DNA of 64,000 bases from Eledone cirrhosa (Eukaryota). Positions within the stretch are counted from its first letter, which is position 1; every line of letters begins with the position of its first letter. Of this stretch, positions 49,608 through 64,000 are shown in pieces. Location of the stretch: positions 186,001 through 250,000 of the forward strand of contig OZ024751.1 of NCBI GenBank assembly GCA_964016885.1. Reading direction: 5' to 3'. The translations under genes and the position numbers were made by a program. The notes beneath the pieces were generated by a model. That model was not told the DNA's origin and did not search any database. It saw only the letters and a list, made by a program, of their open reading frames with translations.

Positions 49608-49739
49608 TTCTCTCTGTTTCTCTCTTTCTACCTCTCTCTCCCACTTCATGGGTACACTATATTCTGGATTTGATCTCCAACTACTGCCACACTTAAATAC
49701 TTAAGCTCACATCACTGAACATTGTGTTGGGTTGGACCG

Positions 49740-50325
49740 TTCACTATCTGTGGAGAGAAGGTGGTGTTTTCACTAACTGTAGAGGGCAGTGCAGGGTGAT
49801 ACGTTCACTGGAGGTTGATATGTTCACTAATCTGTAGAGGACAGGGTAAGGTGAGGAGGTGACGGTGTGTTCACTATGGAGGGAGGAGGTGTGATGGTGT
49901 TCACTATAGGGGGGAGGTGTGATGGTGTTCGCTATAGGGGGGAGGAGGTGTGATGGTGTTCGCTATAGGGGGAGGAGGTGTGATGGTGTTCACTATGGAG
50001 GTAGGGGGTATGTTCACTGAGTGAGACTGTTCACTATCTTTAGACAGTGTGGCAGGGTGATGAGCTGATGGTGTGATCATTATCTGTGGAGGGACAACGG
50101 GGCAGGGTGAGGGGATGTGTTCACCGTCTATGGAGGGGTGTTCACTGTCTGTGGGAGGGTGAAAGGGTCATGATGTGTTCACCGTCTGTGAGAGGGTGAA
50201 AGGGTCACGATGTGTTCACCGTCTGTGGAAGAGTGAGGGGGTGATAATGTGTTCACTGTCTGTGGGAAGGTGATGATGTGTCCACCATCTGTGGCGGGGT
50301 GATGTGTTCACCATCTGTAGGGAGT
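49740..50325. repeat. G-rich degenerate minisatellite (GTGTTCACT/C core) in the putative 3' UTR
   Basis: Repeated GTGTTCAC..GGAGG units. Confidence 0.8.
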
Positions 50326-53300
50326 AAACCAAATTTTTTTTTTTTATTTATGTATTTATTTGTCATTTCTCTCAAAAATATTACATATTAAAATAGCTCT
50401 CTGTTAAAAACTGAGAACAATAACAACAACGACTAATGTCATGTTTAAATGTACGGTGTGCTGCGGAGAATGTGACATCAAAAGGAAATAATCTGCTGAT
50501 GGTATTATTTAGGTCTGTAGAACACTTTCAGTTCCATTTCTTCTTCTTGTCACATGTCAACTTCTAGCTGAATGTCAAATGCAAAGCAAAAACAAAAGAT
50601 AGAGAAAAAAATGTTAAAATTTACATTTAATTCAGTTCCTTCCTTTAAAGAAGATTATTATTGTTTCTTCCATCTTTAAAATAGTATTTAGAATTTATAT
50701 ATTCCTCATTGCCATTAATGGCAGTTGCAGTAGAGCATCAGACACCATACTTTGCAGCATAGAGTTATGGCTCTTTACGTTCTAATTTCAAATCCCGCCG
50801 CGGTTAGCTTACAGGGTCGATAAAATAAAGCACCAGTAATGCACTGGGGTAATTGCTGGCCTTGTGCCAAAAGTAGAAACAATTGTTGTCTAGAAACTTC
50901 TCATATCCATAGAATGGTGTGTAGTGTTTAGAAAGTTGTCACTGCCATAATGGACATGTCATTTAATTATAGGATTTATATGTAACTATAATAAACAGGT
51001 TGCTCAAAATATTTTTAGATCTCCTTGGAACTCCTTCCAGCTGTCATTTCTGTGTTCTTAAATGGTCCAAACTTGTCATTTATGCATTCAGCTAGGCCAG
51101 TTTATAGTTATACATTGATGTGACTATTTTCATAGAAACATGTGATAGTTAGTTTCACTAAGGTTCTGGGGTTGCATTAAAATCTGAATATTATGAAATG
51201 TGGTGTGTTTTACCTGAAAATTCAGACCTGTCTGGTCTAAAGTTGACATTGTTCTTAGTAAGAAACCTGACATGATCCTTGGTCACAAAACCGAGTTACT
51301 CCTTAATGATGATGGTAACATGGTATGGTCCTTGATGACTAGATCCGATGCATTCCTAGCTGACAAAAAGGTTGACATGGTCTTTGGGGATGAAAACTGA
51401 TGCATTCCTGGCTGGCAAAAGTTGATATGGTCTTTGCTGATAGAAGCTGGCACATCCCTTGGTGGCAAAAGTTGACATGGTCCTTAATGGTGGAATCTAT
51501 TGCATTCCTGGATAACAAAAGTTGACATGGTATAGTCCTTGGTGACGCTGACATTGAAGTATGTTCTTCTGTGATGGAGACATTAACATTAGAATGGTGT
51601 TTCATTGCTGTTACTGGGTTTCACTGTGAAAAGACCAACACCAGATCACTGTCAGAAAATCAACACCTGAGCCACTGTCATGATCAACACCTGAATCAAT
51701 GTCAGATGACCAACACCTGAGCCACTGTCAGAGAATCAACACCAGAACATTGTGCTAAAGCAGGGGTGGAGAACTGTTTCAATTTAAAAAGGCCATTTTT
51801 AACTTAAGAAATAGAATTAAGACTATCAAAGCTGCATATTATTAGTAGCAAAAATAAATATAAGGAAACCTGAATTTAGCTAACTTTTTTTCTTACTGAA
51901 TGTGATTTTTTGCTTTGAATCTTATTTGAAACTGCTTCAGTGTCCGAGTTATAAGTTGAGACTTCTATTTCAATACAAGATTACAGATTTAATACATTAT
52001 AATAACAATTTTAGAGTGTGTAAAAGCCAAGATAGGCTAAAGAGACTCGTGTAGCTCCAGAGCTGCGTGTTTCCACCTCATCCTTGGATAAATTCTCTCT
52101 CTCTCTCTCTCTCAGAATTAAAGATAAACAATGAAGAATTTACACCACATGTACAACTATGCAATAATTCTCTAACCTCTCACTCCATTAACACACTGTA
52201 TTAAGGGGAGGCTACTCTATTGGCAACATAAGGCACCTAGAGCATGCTGAAAGCTAAGAACATCAGACAAAATAGTTTGCAGCATGTAGTTGTGACCTTT
52301 TGCATTCTCAGTTCAAATTCCATTGAGGTCAGCTTTGCATTTCATCCTTCTAGGAGGATGTTTAATAAAATAAAGTACCAGTCGTGTACTGGAGTTGATA
52401 GATTTTCTCTCCCCATTCCCCCTGAAAAAAAATTGCTATCCTACTGTCTAAATTTGAAATAATTGTTCTTTGATTTTTCAATTAAACCTACATCATCATC
52501 ATCATCATAATATGCACGCACACACACATGCAAAAGCCTACACACAAATTATTTGTAACTGGAACTAAATATGGTCTTTATGTAGCAGAACCTATTATTA
52601 TTATTATGAGGTTTGGCAGTATTGGTAGAACATCAGACACCATGCTTTGCAGCATAGAGTTATGGCCATTTACGTTCTGAGTTCAAATCTCGCCAAGGTT
52701 AACTTTGCCTTTCATCCTTACGGGTCGATAAAATAGAGTACCAGTAATGTACTGGGGTTGATTTAATCAAACTTTCACCTCCCCCAAAAATTGCTGGTCT
52801 TGTGTCTAAAGTAGAAACAATTATTTTCGGGCAGTGGATTGGTAGTAATCAATTGTGTCAGATAACATGAACAGTCATATGTTGAGACCGAAGGGACCAC
52901 TAATCATGGGAGTACTCGATGGGGAGATGCTTGGCGCCATCGACAGAATTTTACATATTTCTATATCTATATACACACACACACACCACCCAGCAGTATT
53001 CTCTCTCTCACTGCTAAATAATCCATATCTAATATCTTCATATCTCTCTTTCTCAATGCCTCTCCTAAACGGAACAGTTGTTGTTTTATTTTTCAGTAAT
53101 CCTCCTGTCACTTCCCCTCACCTCTCTCTCTAACTGAAACCTTCTCTCACTTCTTCTCCTTCTCCCCAACTGAAAGATTCTTTTTCTTTCCAATTATATT
53201 TACAATAGATATAGCAAATACAAAGTGTGACTTGTCTCTTTCTTTGCCAGAGTTGATCTTCTGGATGTCATGGATGATGTTGTTGTTGTTACACAGACCT

Positions 53301-56174
53301 TCCTCCTCTTCCCTCTCTCATATTTCCACCAAACCATTATTCTTTATGAGAGAAACTTTTGTTTCAGAAAAACAACCACCACCACCACTACCACCATGGC
53401 CACCACCCATGTTAACAAACATGGGGTTATTCTTCACTGTATGTTGGACATATCTATTAAAATACTCATTCTCACTCACAAACCATTATCATTTTAATAA
53501 TAATAGTATTAGCAGTAGTAGTAGTAATAATACAAATGTTTTAAGTCCCTTTTCTTCGCTAAATCGGAGATGTTACTCTAGCAGGCCCCATGACAAGCAT
53601 TATACAGATCATGGGGTTGTCTTTGAAGAAATGGTTTGCAGCCAAAGGTGCCAACCCTTTTAGTTTCCTTGTAAGACATGCATGGATGCATTGTACCTAT
53701 TGTAAATAATAATAATAATTTCTTGGGTTTTTCCTGAGATATTTTTTTGTTAAAGAAATGAATTAGTTGATCGATCCCTGGAAACTTGTCGGTTACCATG
53801 GTGGAGTTTGATCTCAGAAGTATGAGGGGGAGGGGTGGAGCACTGAAATAGATGTGGGGAATTATTTTTGTTGCTCTACTGATTGTCACTTATCCACCAT
53901 CAACAATATACCATGACTAAAGACTAAATTATTGTCATATATCATAAATACCTCTCTCTCTCTCTCCATGTAGCCCAGTGTGAGTGACAGCATTGGGAGG
54001 GATGGCTGTGTTGCATGGTAGTGTGATGACAGCTGTTACACTGTACTGTGAGGGATTGCTGTGTTACACTAGTGTGTGACTGGTATATGTTACACTACAG
54101 TGTGGGTGACAGCTGCGTCACTGTGATGGAAGGCTGTCACACTACTTGAGTGACTGCTGTGTCACATTCCACTGAGTGGTAACTGTCACACTGCACTGGG
54201 AGTGATGGCTATGTTGCACGGTAGTGTGACTGACGGCTGTGGCACACTACTGTGAGTGACTGCTGTGTCACACTGCACCTTTTAAACCATCTTACAGTTG
54301 CAAAAGTTTAAACCAATTAGTAATTTGATGGTTTTTCTCTCCTTAATTATCTAATTAGTATCAATTAGAAAAGTAAGATCTATAGTAGTTGATGTCACAT
54401 TATGCTGTGACTATCAAAATTACTTATCCATTTATATGGAAATATATTTCTTCTCTTCTCAAAACTATTTTCCTTTTTTTTTTTAAAAAACCTTTTGGGT
54501 TCCAACATACCTCCATCTCTGGTTCTATGAAACAAAACTACCCATTTTAAAGGGTTCCTATTTAAAATAAAATTTTCCAACATAATAACCTTTTTGTTAA
54601 GTTCTGTTACAAATGCCATCTCAATTATGAAATAGTTAATAAATTTTAGTAAACCCCTCCAAACTCTTCATTGATTAATTGAAATATAATATATTTCATT
54701 AGAAATATGATCACAAAAGAGGTTTTTTAAAATAATGTTTAAAAAAAGATTCTTTGTCTTAGCCCTTTAGCATTTACATTACTCTATATCTACTATTATA
54801 TTTTCACAGTAAAGGCTTTACCTCACATATCGAATCTATGAGATTTTTATATTATTTATTTTGAGAACAATACCTTAATGTCGGTATGAACAGAAAGTGG
54901 TGAGAGAATTATAGCCGGTTGAAATGCTAAAGGGTTAAATGTAAAACTTTTGAAATGGAGGTGTTTTCTTTATGTTGAACTTCAGTTTCATCAAATGTAA
55001 TGAGAATTGTTTGTTTTAGTAGATGTAAATATGGTATGGTATGGTCCCGTAACTCCTGATGGGGTCATAGGGACCCTGTATTAGCAGCCAGCATTTCTTG
55101 GGCATTTTAAGCCTGGCAGAGCCCAACCCTTTCAAGGCCTAGATGTAAATATGATGAGAAAACAATGATGATTTCCCCTCTTTAATTAATGACACCCACA
55201 CAGGCTGTGTAGAGGCTCATTCAGTGTTTGCAGGTGTGATGATGAAATTTAAATCTTCATCTTAACTCTGATCCAACAAACTGATGATCGAGGGTTTAAC
55301 ACCAACACCACCACCACCACTACCTTGGGTCTCTATTGCAAATATTGAGGTCAGATCTCTGGTTTGGAGGTTTACTTCCCTCTCCCATCAGTCATGAAAG
55401 CCCTATAAAGGGACATGGGTACTAATCTAACCTCTCTGATTAAATTAGAAACAATTTTTTTTAAATTTTATATATATATATATATATCCAGCCAGATCAG
55501 TTGGAGACAGTTGCTTCTGACAGGACCCACTGGAAGGAGTGGTTGAGGACTCTGCCTCCACACGACCCTCTCAGAAATAAGTGGGCAAAGAAAAGAAGAG
55601 ATATATATATCATGTTTAATATAGAAATGGTTTCTACTGGACAAGAACTGTTCCATTCAAATGATTTCTTTTGAATGAAACAGTTCAAGTCTTGTAGAAG
55701 CCATTTCTATATCAAACATGTTTACACTCTACTAATGTATTGAGTACTTTACTAACTGTGGTTACCACCCATTGAACTCGGAACTCACACACATACACAT
55801 ATATATATATACACACATAAGTGTGTGTGTGTATGCATCCATATTTAGGGAGGAATTGGAGGTGTTGATGCTCTCTTCAGATTTTACGTTGTTCCATCGA
55901 TTACACTCTACTAATGTATTGAGTGCCTTACTGTGATTACCCCCGATTGAACCCATATATATATATGTAGTTGACAGCTGAGAGAAAAGACTACTCAATA
56001 CTATTTATCACAGGGTCATCAGACAAGAAATAGGTAGTAACATAACCACTACCATGCTAGGCAATATATCGATCTTCCACGATCAATTGACCCTCTGAAA
56101 CGATTGTAAAACAATGAACTAATTATCTACCTATCTCTGACTTCTATTTTGTTTTCATTGTTCTATACACACAC

Positions 56175-57440
56175 CCATGGGAACTTCTATACGCAGATGA
56201 TCTAACGCTCATAGCTGAATCTATGGCTGAACTAGAGAAGAAATTCCAAACATGGAAGTATGGCCTAGAATCAAAAAGCCTTAAAGTTAACTTGTCTAAG
56301 ACTAAAGTTCTAGTATGTATAAAGGAAAATAAGGCACAGGTGCCCTCTGGGAAATGGCCATACTTAGTGTGTAGATAGAAATTCTATTCCATGCCCCAAA
56401 TGCAAACTATGGGTACATAAAAGATGTAGTTGGATCTCAGGTAAACTATCTAAGAATGTAGATTTTATATGTGGTCAATGCTCAGGTGCAATAAGTAGCG
56501 AGTGCCCACAGGATACTAGCTCCTTCTATTGCCCAGATGGTTCTATAGAAATAGCAGACACTTTCCGTTACCTGGGTGATGAAATCAGCAGTGGTGGAGG
56601 GTGTTCTGAAAGTACAGTAGCCAGAGTTAGAATGGGATGGAAAAAGTTCAGAGAGCTTATACCGCTGTTGACCACAAAAGGTTTCTCTCTAAAAATGAAA
56701 GGCAGATTGTATTATGCTTGTATACGAACAGCAATGTTATATGGGCATTCATTGTGTGCAAATTGGAAAGGAATGAAGCATGCATGCTCCGTTGGATGTG
56801 TAATAGTAATATACACGAATGGCAAAACATAAACGAACTGAGAAATTAGGAATAAGAGGGATCAAATGTTGTGTGCTGGAGAGGAGATTGCGTTGGTATG
56901 GACATGTCATGCATATGAAGGACGACAGCTGTATAAAAAAAGTGCAGAGCGATCAAAATTGATGGTAACTACGGAGTGGGTAGACCAAGAAAAACCTGGG
57001 ACAAGGTGATAAGAACTGAACTTGCTCACTAACACTTCTCACAGACAATGTCACTGGATCGAGATCTTTGGCGCTATGTAGTTATACAGAAGACTTCTCT
57101 TGCATACAAGCTTAAACCTACAGTCACTAGGCACCTCTTAACCCAATATACACCCCACACACCCTACTCCATCCTCCCATTTCCCTCCACTGTAAAGTGG
57201 TCATGTAGGAGACAACAAAAAGCACCCAATCCACACTGTAAAGCGGTCGTGTAGGAGACACGGTAAAAAGGCTCACAGACCACACTGTAAATGTGGTTGG
57301 TGTTGGGTAGGGCATCCAGCCGTAGAAAACCTACCAGAAACAGTTCTATATGAGCGAGACAGTCTCCTGACCAATCTTGCCAAGTGGGACAAAACCGTCT
57401 AACCCATGCTAGCATGGAAGATGGACATTAAACGATGATG

Positions 57441-57442
<2 letters not shown>
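56175..57442 (+). mobile_element. 5'-truncated RTE family A copy (a shorter one follows at ~57995-58470)
   Basis: PWELLYADDL, PHD-like region, C-terminal domain, 3' UTR and (GAT)n tail. Confidence 0.85.
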
Positions 57443-57471
<29 letters not shown>

Positions 57472-57514
57472 AGATTGGAGGCCATATTCAATTGATTGAG
57501 GTTTATTTGAAACT

Positions 57515-57572
57515 CTGTTATACATATTTCACCGAGGACTATCAGTTATGATAGCCTGAGCTCTTCAGACGG
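57515..57572 (-). ncRNA. Degenerate hammerhead ribozyme motif
   Basis: Minus strand reads CCGU-CUGAAGA-GCUCAGGCUAUCA(UAAC)UGAUAGUCCUCGGU-GAA-AUAUGUAU-A-ACAG. Stem I has one mismatch. Confidence 0.55.
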
Positions 57573-59774
57573 CAAAACCTAAAATAAACATTGAAAGTTC
57601 CTAAGAAACCTTTAAATTTGGAAAAATCCAATAATTTCCCCGAAAAAGATTTTCTTTTCATGATACAGGGGTCGGTTGAACGTGTTATGTTGTTTCTTCG
57701 ATAACCGGTCCCTGTATCTATCTCTATATATATAGAGAGATAGATACAGGGGCTGGCTGTCGAAGAAACAACACAACACGTTCAACCAGCCCTTTGCAAG
57801 CAGGGAAAAGCGGACGTAAAATGATGATGAGATATATATATGTATGTATGTCAGGACTAAGAGGAATAATTGGGTAAATTTTTGTCTATTTTTTCTTCAC
57901 ACTTATTTAGCTCAGATTAATTATTTATTTAGTTAATTCCTTCTGGTAAATTTTGTCTGTTTTTTCTTCAAACTTAGAATTTTATATATATATACTGACC
58001 TTGCACACTTACATCTCTCTAACACAATGTTACTGGATTAAGATCTTTGGCGCCACACAATAATACAGAAGACCTGTCTTCCCTACATGCAAAGTTAAAC
58101 CTACAGTCAGTAGGCCCCTCCTAACCAAATATACACCCCTACTCCATCCTCCCACTCCCACCAACACAACCCTTTCTCTGTAAAGTTATGTTGGTACCTC
58201 AACATCCAGTCTACACTAAAGAGGTTGTGTAGGTGTCACAACAAAAAGCATACAGTCCACACTGTAATGTGGCCGTGTAAGAAACATGGTAAAAAGGCTC
58301 CCAGCCCACACAGTAAATGTGGTTGGTGTTAGGAAGGGCATCCAGCCATAGAAAACCTGCCAGATACAGTCCTATACGAGCGAGACAGTCACCCGATCAA
58401 TCTTGCCTCAAGTGGGACAATTCCTGTCTAACACATGCTAGCGTGGAAGATAGATATTAAACGATGATGATATCCTCCACAGCCCAGAGATAGGGCCGAC
58501 AATTATTTCCGACCAGGGTTCATATATATATTTTTTAAAAGTATTTACCCTGTTAACATTTGTTTTAGATACCCCCCTCAATCGGCTAATACTTTTTTTG
58601 GTGAGGGGGGTTATTTTGTTGGTATTTTTTCTTTTGTTTTTCCCCATACCCCCAACTTTAAACCTCCACCCTCTCCATCATATTTAAAAAACATCATCTT
58701 GTTTGTTTGTTTTTCTTTTTGTGTTTTATCATTAACTGTTGAGGGGAGGGGAGAAGATATATATATATATATATATACACACCGCCACACTCCTCCATTT
58801 TCCAAGTGATAAGAAAACTGAAGCAAGGGAGGGGTGTGTGAATATCATCACCCTCTTCCCCCACTCCAAAATATTCCCTTCTTCCACACACACATACAGA
58901 AACTACCATTCACACTCTTCACTTGATAATAATAATTATTATATTATTATTGGAATACAATTGTTTTCAGAATGCACAAAAATTTATTTTCTCGTGTTTT
59001 TGCTATCTTTTTCACCCTGCATGAATATGTGTGTGTGTCTATATATATATACATATATGTGTGTGTGTGTATATATGTATAGTGTGTGTATTTATATACA
59101 TACACACCCACACACAGATGTATACATGGAAGTTCAGACATTGTATATTTAAAATAAATCACACATTTAAGACAAAGGAGGAAGAAAAGTTAGTCCTGTC
59201 TGGGGATTGAACCCTCATCTTTCTCCAGGAAATATTTTAATTCCACTCGCAGTAGATTTTCATTCTCTTCCACCCCACCCCCTCATTTCTATTTATTTAT
59301 TGATGTTTTTTGTTTTTCTTTTTAATTTTGATTGTGTATATATATATATTTATATATATGCACACAAACATGCATGTTTGTGTACATATATATACACACA
59401 GGCATTCATATATATATATATATACACATATGTGGTTGATGGCTGAGCGAAAAGAGTACTCAATACTTGAATAGTGAATTTTGTTACTCTGGAGTTTGTG
59501 ATAAACAGGCAAAATTCCAGGGTAACAAGACTCACTATTAGCCTTAATAAAATGAAATATATATATATAATAAATATAACACATCAGTAGAACTTACTGT
59601 ATCTCTCTGTTCCTATATATATATAAATGAGTATGTGTTGGTTGCTTACCGACACTTCGGTATGCAGGTTGGAGCACTCAATGAAATGCACAGGTGGGTC
59701 AGTCTACTCAGGAGTAATTTAAAAACAAGAAGTGTAAGTCAACAAGTTAAAAATAACTTTGTTTATTCATATTC

Positions 59775-59833
59775 GCTGCAATATATATTTCGGTAATAAC
59801 CATTATTCAACAGCTATGACATCATCAGGCAGC
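59775..59833 (-). ncRNA. Type I hammerhead ribozyme (minimal helix III)
   Basis: Minus strand reads GCUGC-CUGAUGA-UGUCAUAGCUGUU(GAAU)AAUGGUUAUUACC-GAA-AUAUAUAU-U-GCAGC. Perfect 5-bp stem I and palindromic helix III; U.C mismatch at the base of stem II. Confidence 0.65.
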
Positions 59834-61200
59834 TAAAACTTGAACAGGAAAACATTATGATGGAACAGAGTTTACCTTCTTAATTCGTTGATATGCCCAG
59901 ATCCGAAGCATGGTGTTATTTACTCAAAATATTGGTGGCTTAATCAAAGAGCTGGTTTTATTTATATATATATATAATGTGTGTGCTTATATATATATAT
60001 GTGTAAATATACATATATATATACACACACATAATGTGTATGCATGTATGTATGTGTGTAAATATACATAGGTGTATATATATATATATATATATGTGTA
60101 ATGTGTGTGTGTGTATATACATATGCCACTGTATCATATCAGATCCATCATTTCCCAGCTACCTTCGTTGACTCCTCTCTTTAAATATGGGACACACTAG
60201 TTTGTCCTATCCTTCATAAAGGGTTACAAGTATAAATGACTCCTACTCATCTCTATCTCCCACTTTTTTTTCTTGTGTGATTTAAGCAAGCTTTTTGTTT
60301 CTTTTATTTCATTTTGTTATTAAATCTGATAAAACAATTTTTTTACTAGTTTATTTTTTATTCTTAGTTTTGTTGTTTTTTTTTTTGTATTTTCCTTCCT
60401 CCTCCCCCTCCATACATTTACTTCTAACAACAATTTCTTTTTATTTTCATAAATGTATAATAATGAAAATTATTGTATACAGTGCTTGGGCGCACTACAA
60501 CTCACCAAAGGTGTATGGTTAGTACATAGGATAATGTAGAAATGTCAGGAAAGTGAAAAGTATGTGGCAGGTCTCTCTGACTTTGAGTGCTGAGAATATA
60601 AAGTTAATATCAAGAATGATGTGCTTATATATGGAGATGTTATAAAATAGGATGAAGACCCTTAAAAGATGGAAAAAGAAGTTGCCATCAGCCACTGAAG
60701 AATTGAACCGGCAACTTCTTTTTCTGACTTTCAACCCTTTAGCATTTAAACCGGTCGTATCCAGCCAGAATTATTCCACTTCTTTCTGTTCAAACCAACT
60801 GTAACCGGCCGCTCATACTGATGTTAAGGTATTGTTCTCAAAATCTCATAGAATCGATATTATGTGAGAAAACCCCTTACTGTGAAAATATAAAGAGTAA
60901 AGTGTTAAGAGTTCACTGGAGGAGTCGAAACACAACCAGTTTTTAAAGAACCCTAATTCCACAGTAGGCACAAAGTTTCAAATAGTATTTTAGATAAAAT
61001 ATATGAAAATTAGGTTATGTAATCCCCCGTACCCCTCCCCCTAATTAAATACCCTAATTTTCTATATTAATCATATAATCTCTAACACATATATACTAAA
61101 TTGCTTATGGATATGAAACATTTGATCATATTCCACTGTAGAAACCTTGTTAAAACATTGAGATATAAGACAATTGGTAGGTAGGTACCCTCTCAACATG

Positions 61201-61720
61201 GTAAATAAACCACTTCATTGGCTGATATGCCTGCTACATACAAATGAGCTTCCATTTCGAGATCAATAGATGGAAAAACACATGACCACGAACATCAAAA
61301 GGCTTAATTGGCAATAAAATTAAAGAAGATGTAACAAACTTAAAGATAATCAAATTTTCTCCAGTAACAACTAAAGTGAAAGAATTTCCATTAGAAGTTG
61401 TTGATACTTTAAGGTCAGATCAAAAAATATCTGTACGAAATGTCCCTCGGTATTTAGACAGGGTTTGTTTCTGAGCAGCAAGATCACCTGGTAAAATCCA
61501 TCATGCAAGGTGGTTAACACATGCAAACAGAATTCTTCGCTTATATATTTCGGAAAAAAATCCCCAAAATAATATGGATTAAATCTCACCCAAAGTTACA
61601 TGAAGGAGCAAGTAATTTTTGGTATATGGCAGATCATAAAGAAGTTATTAAGAAATCGTTAAAAACTAATTCATTTTTTGCCCATTCGGAGAATATTTTA
61701 CTGACATGCTGAATGATGGA
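61201..61720 (+). pseudogene. Degenerate DNA transposase fragment (CxxH type, possibly Sola2-like)
   Basis: Frameshifted pieces PLHWLICLLHTNELPFR, DQKYLYE, SPGKIHHARWLTHANRILRLYI and NSFFAHSENILL resemble a widespread invertebrate transposase family. Family name is from recall. Confidence 0.6.
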
Positions 61721-64000
61721 AGAAGACAAATTGCGAGGTGTAGGGTGATCGCATACTTTCTAAAATTTGTTAATTTATTTCTCACACCAAAGTGAACACC
61801 AAGCAATATGTGGAATCAGAATATAAAATGGTTCTGCTAAGCTTTAAAAGATGTCCAAGAAATTGGGGATCAAAGAGGAAAAGATAGTGGATTGGTAGGA
61901 ACAGTTCAGATGTCTTGTTTGGTTTCTTCTAGCTCTCGGTTCTTGGCTAGTAGACATCATAATCTCCCCCTCTCTTACATACACCCATAACTCTTCTTGG
62001 AGTTTTAGAGTATTAAATGGGCAGAGCCCATTTCCTCTCCAGATCTCGATTTCTTCCAGAGGAGGAGGGAAAAAGAGATATAGAGGAAGAATCGACCAGA
62101 TTATTGGACTGGACTGGTACTTTTTCAGCGACTTTGGAAAGATCAATGGCAAAGTTGACCTTGATGGGATTTGAACTCGGAGAACTTGAATAAATACAAC
62201 AAAGTATTTATCCAACTCTGCCAATTCACCACCTATAGACACCATGTATGCTTGTGTATACGTCACAGCTCCATTTTAAGTACAACATTTATGTTTTGAA
62301 TTGAGAGTTTGCATGTCCAGTAGATAAGTAGTATTGTCATTGAAAAGGTGCAACTTATACACTATATAATGTATATATATATTAAAAATTTTAAGAAAAC
62401 GAATGATAGAAAATTATTATTTATTCATACATCTCTACGAACGTTTCTACGTGGCTAGAGTATCACATCCATTTCCAGAGAAACTGGAGATTACCAGTTA
62501 ACAATTATCTCCATTATGTGTACTTTATCTCAAATGTATCTTTTCAGGAAATATACAGAACAAAATAACAATTAATACCATAAGACAATACCAAGAAAAT
62601 GAGACGATTCAAACAAGTTTATAAATTTATCTGTGCTTTTTTTTTTTTATACAGGAAACAGTATGTTATAACTAGGAATTGGTTACAGCAGGGGTTAAAG
62701 ATTTTCTTTATAAAATTAGGGTAGTTTGTTCAGTTATTTATAAGAGAAAAATTTGAAAATATTTTGTAGATTTTCTCGTTGGTTAATGTCCTATGCAAGT
62801 ATAGAAGAAATTGTATATATGGAGCTAAAAATATTCTCATATATATATATATATAGCAAATGTATATAATTACTTATTATTTTTCTAATCAGATTCTAAA
62901 AATAGAACCAGATTATTATTTATATATGAGAATATTTTTAGCTCCATATATACAATTTTTTCTATACTTACATAGGACATTAACTAACAAGAACATCTAC
63001 TAAATATTTTCAAATGCTCTGCTACCTGAACCACCCTTAATCATCCAGTTTTTTTTGCTCCTGAAGAACAGAGGATGGTAAAATGCATCGAGCTTATCTC
63101 ATCTTACCAATAGTGAAGTATTACACTAACTTCATTCAATGCACACTACACATACTAGCAGAAAAACCACCCTTCGGTGGTTTTTCTGCTAGTATGTGTA
63201 GTGTGCATATTGATATTATATGCATGTAGATATAGTACGTCAAATAAAATCGTAATTGAGAATATGCACAGAAATTGAAGAGAGACTGTGTTACAGTGTC
63301 TTCTGTGATCAGTAAAGTAATCCATGATACATTTAGAGCATTGGCCTTGCAATCAAAGGTTGTGAGTTCAATTCTCAGACCGGGTGATGTGTTGTTTCCT
63401 TGAGCAAGCCACTTTATTTCACATTGCTCCAGTTTACTCAGCTGTAGAAATGAAATGATAGGGACTGGGGTCCCTATCATTTCACTGCAAAGTGGTCGTG
63501 GAGGTGCCACGGCAAAAAAGCACCCAGCATTCACTGTAAATGAGGTTGGTGTTAGGAAGGGCATCCAGCTGTAGAAATCAAGCCAGAATCAGTTCCCGTC
63601 CCACTCTTGCAAGCAGGGAAAAGTGGACGTAAAATGATGATGATGATTTAAAAAAGATATAAACTGCATTACAGTGAAATGTTATGAAAACAAAAAAGGA
63701 GAAAATTAGCGACTAATATGAACCTTATATAACGATGCAAGTATATATAATTGTTTCTACTTTAGGCACAAGGCCAGCAATTACCCAGTACATTACTGGT
63801 ACTTTATTTTATCGACCCCGTAAGGATGAAAGGCAAAGTTAACCTCGGCGGGATTTGAACTCAGACTGTAAAGTGATGTAACTATGCTAGAAAGCATGGC
63901 ATCCAACCCTCTACCATTACTGCCAAGTAATAATATATAAGCGATGTGATATAGCGTCCATTATATTCAAACCGGAAATATTGACATTTGAAAATTTTAA

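Noticed and set aside
56005-56030. Minus-strand CUGAUGA (similarly plus-strand CUGAAGA at 63061)
   Set aside because: No correctly placed stem II and GAAA downstream.
62432-62482. Minus-strand ...GAAACGUUC with an upstream hairpin
   Set aside because: The 5' core reads CUGGAAA, not CUGANGA.

Overview
AT-rich, repeat-dense animal genomic DNA. The SINE/RTE repeat content suggests a cephalopod (octopus-like); this is inference. The window holds the complete coding sequence of a PCTAIRE-family cyclin-dependent kinase (CDK17-like, co-orthologous to vertebrate CDK16/17/18) on the + strand. I assembled 16 coding exons by hand from 11813 to 49309, all with GT-AG introns and consistent phases. They give 485 aa with a candidate 72-nt cassette exon, 461 aa without. 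Introns and flanks are filled with RTE-clade LINEs, an Hsmar2-like mariner, Helitron-, piggyBac- and hAT-type non-autonomous elements, tRNA-derived SINEs, a ~2-kb tandem duplication and many minisatellites. The most notable non-obvious signal is a set of at least six loci with type I hammerhead-ribozyme folds (CUGANGA...GAAA...NUH). They differ in sequence, sit in short non-coding, often palindromic elements next to (TA)n/(TG)n microsatellites (Penelope-like/retrozyme-type), and are almost all antisense to the kinase. Other points of interest are a uORF whose stop overlaps the kinase start codons, exon-adjacent minisatellites, a self-nested LINE and a tail-swapped SINE.
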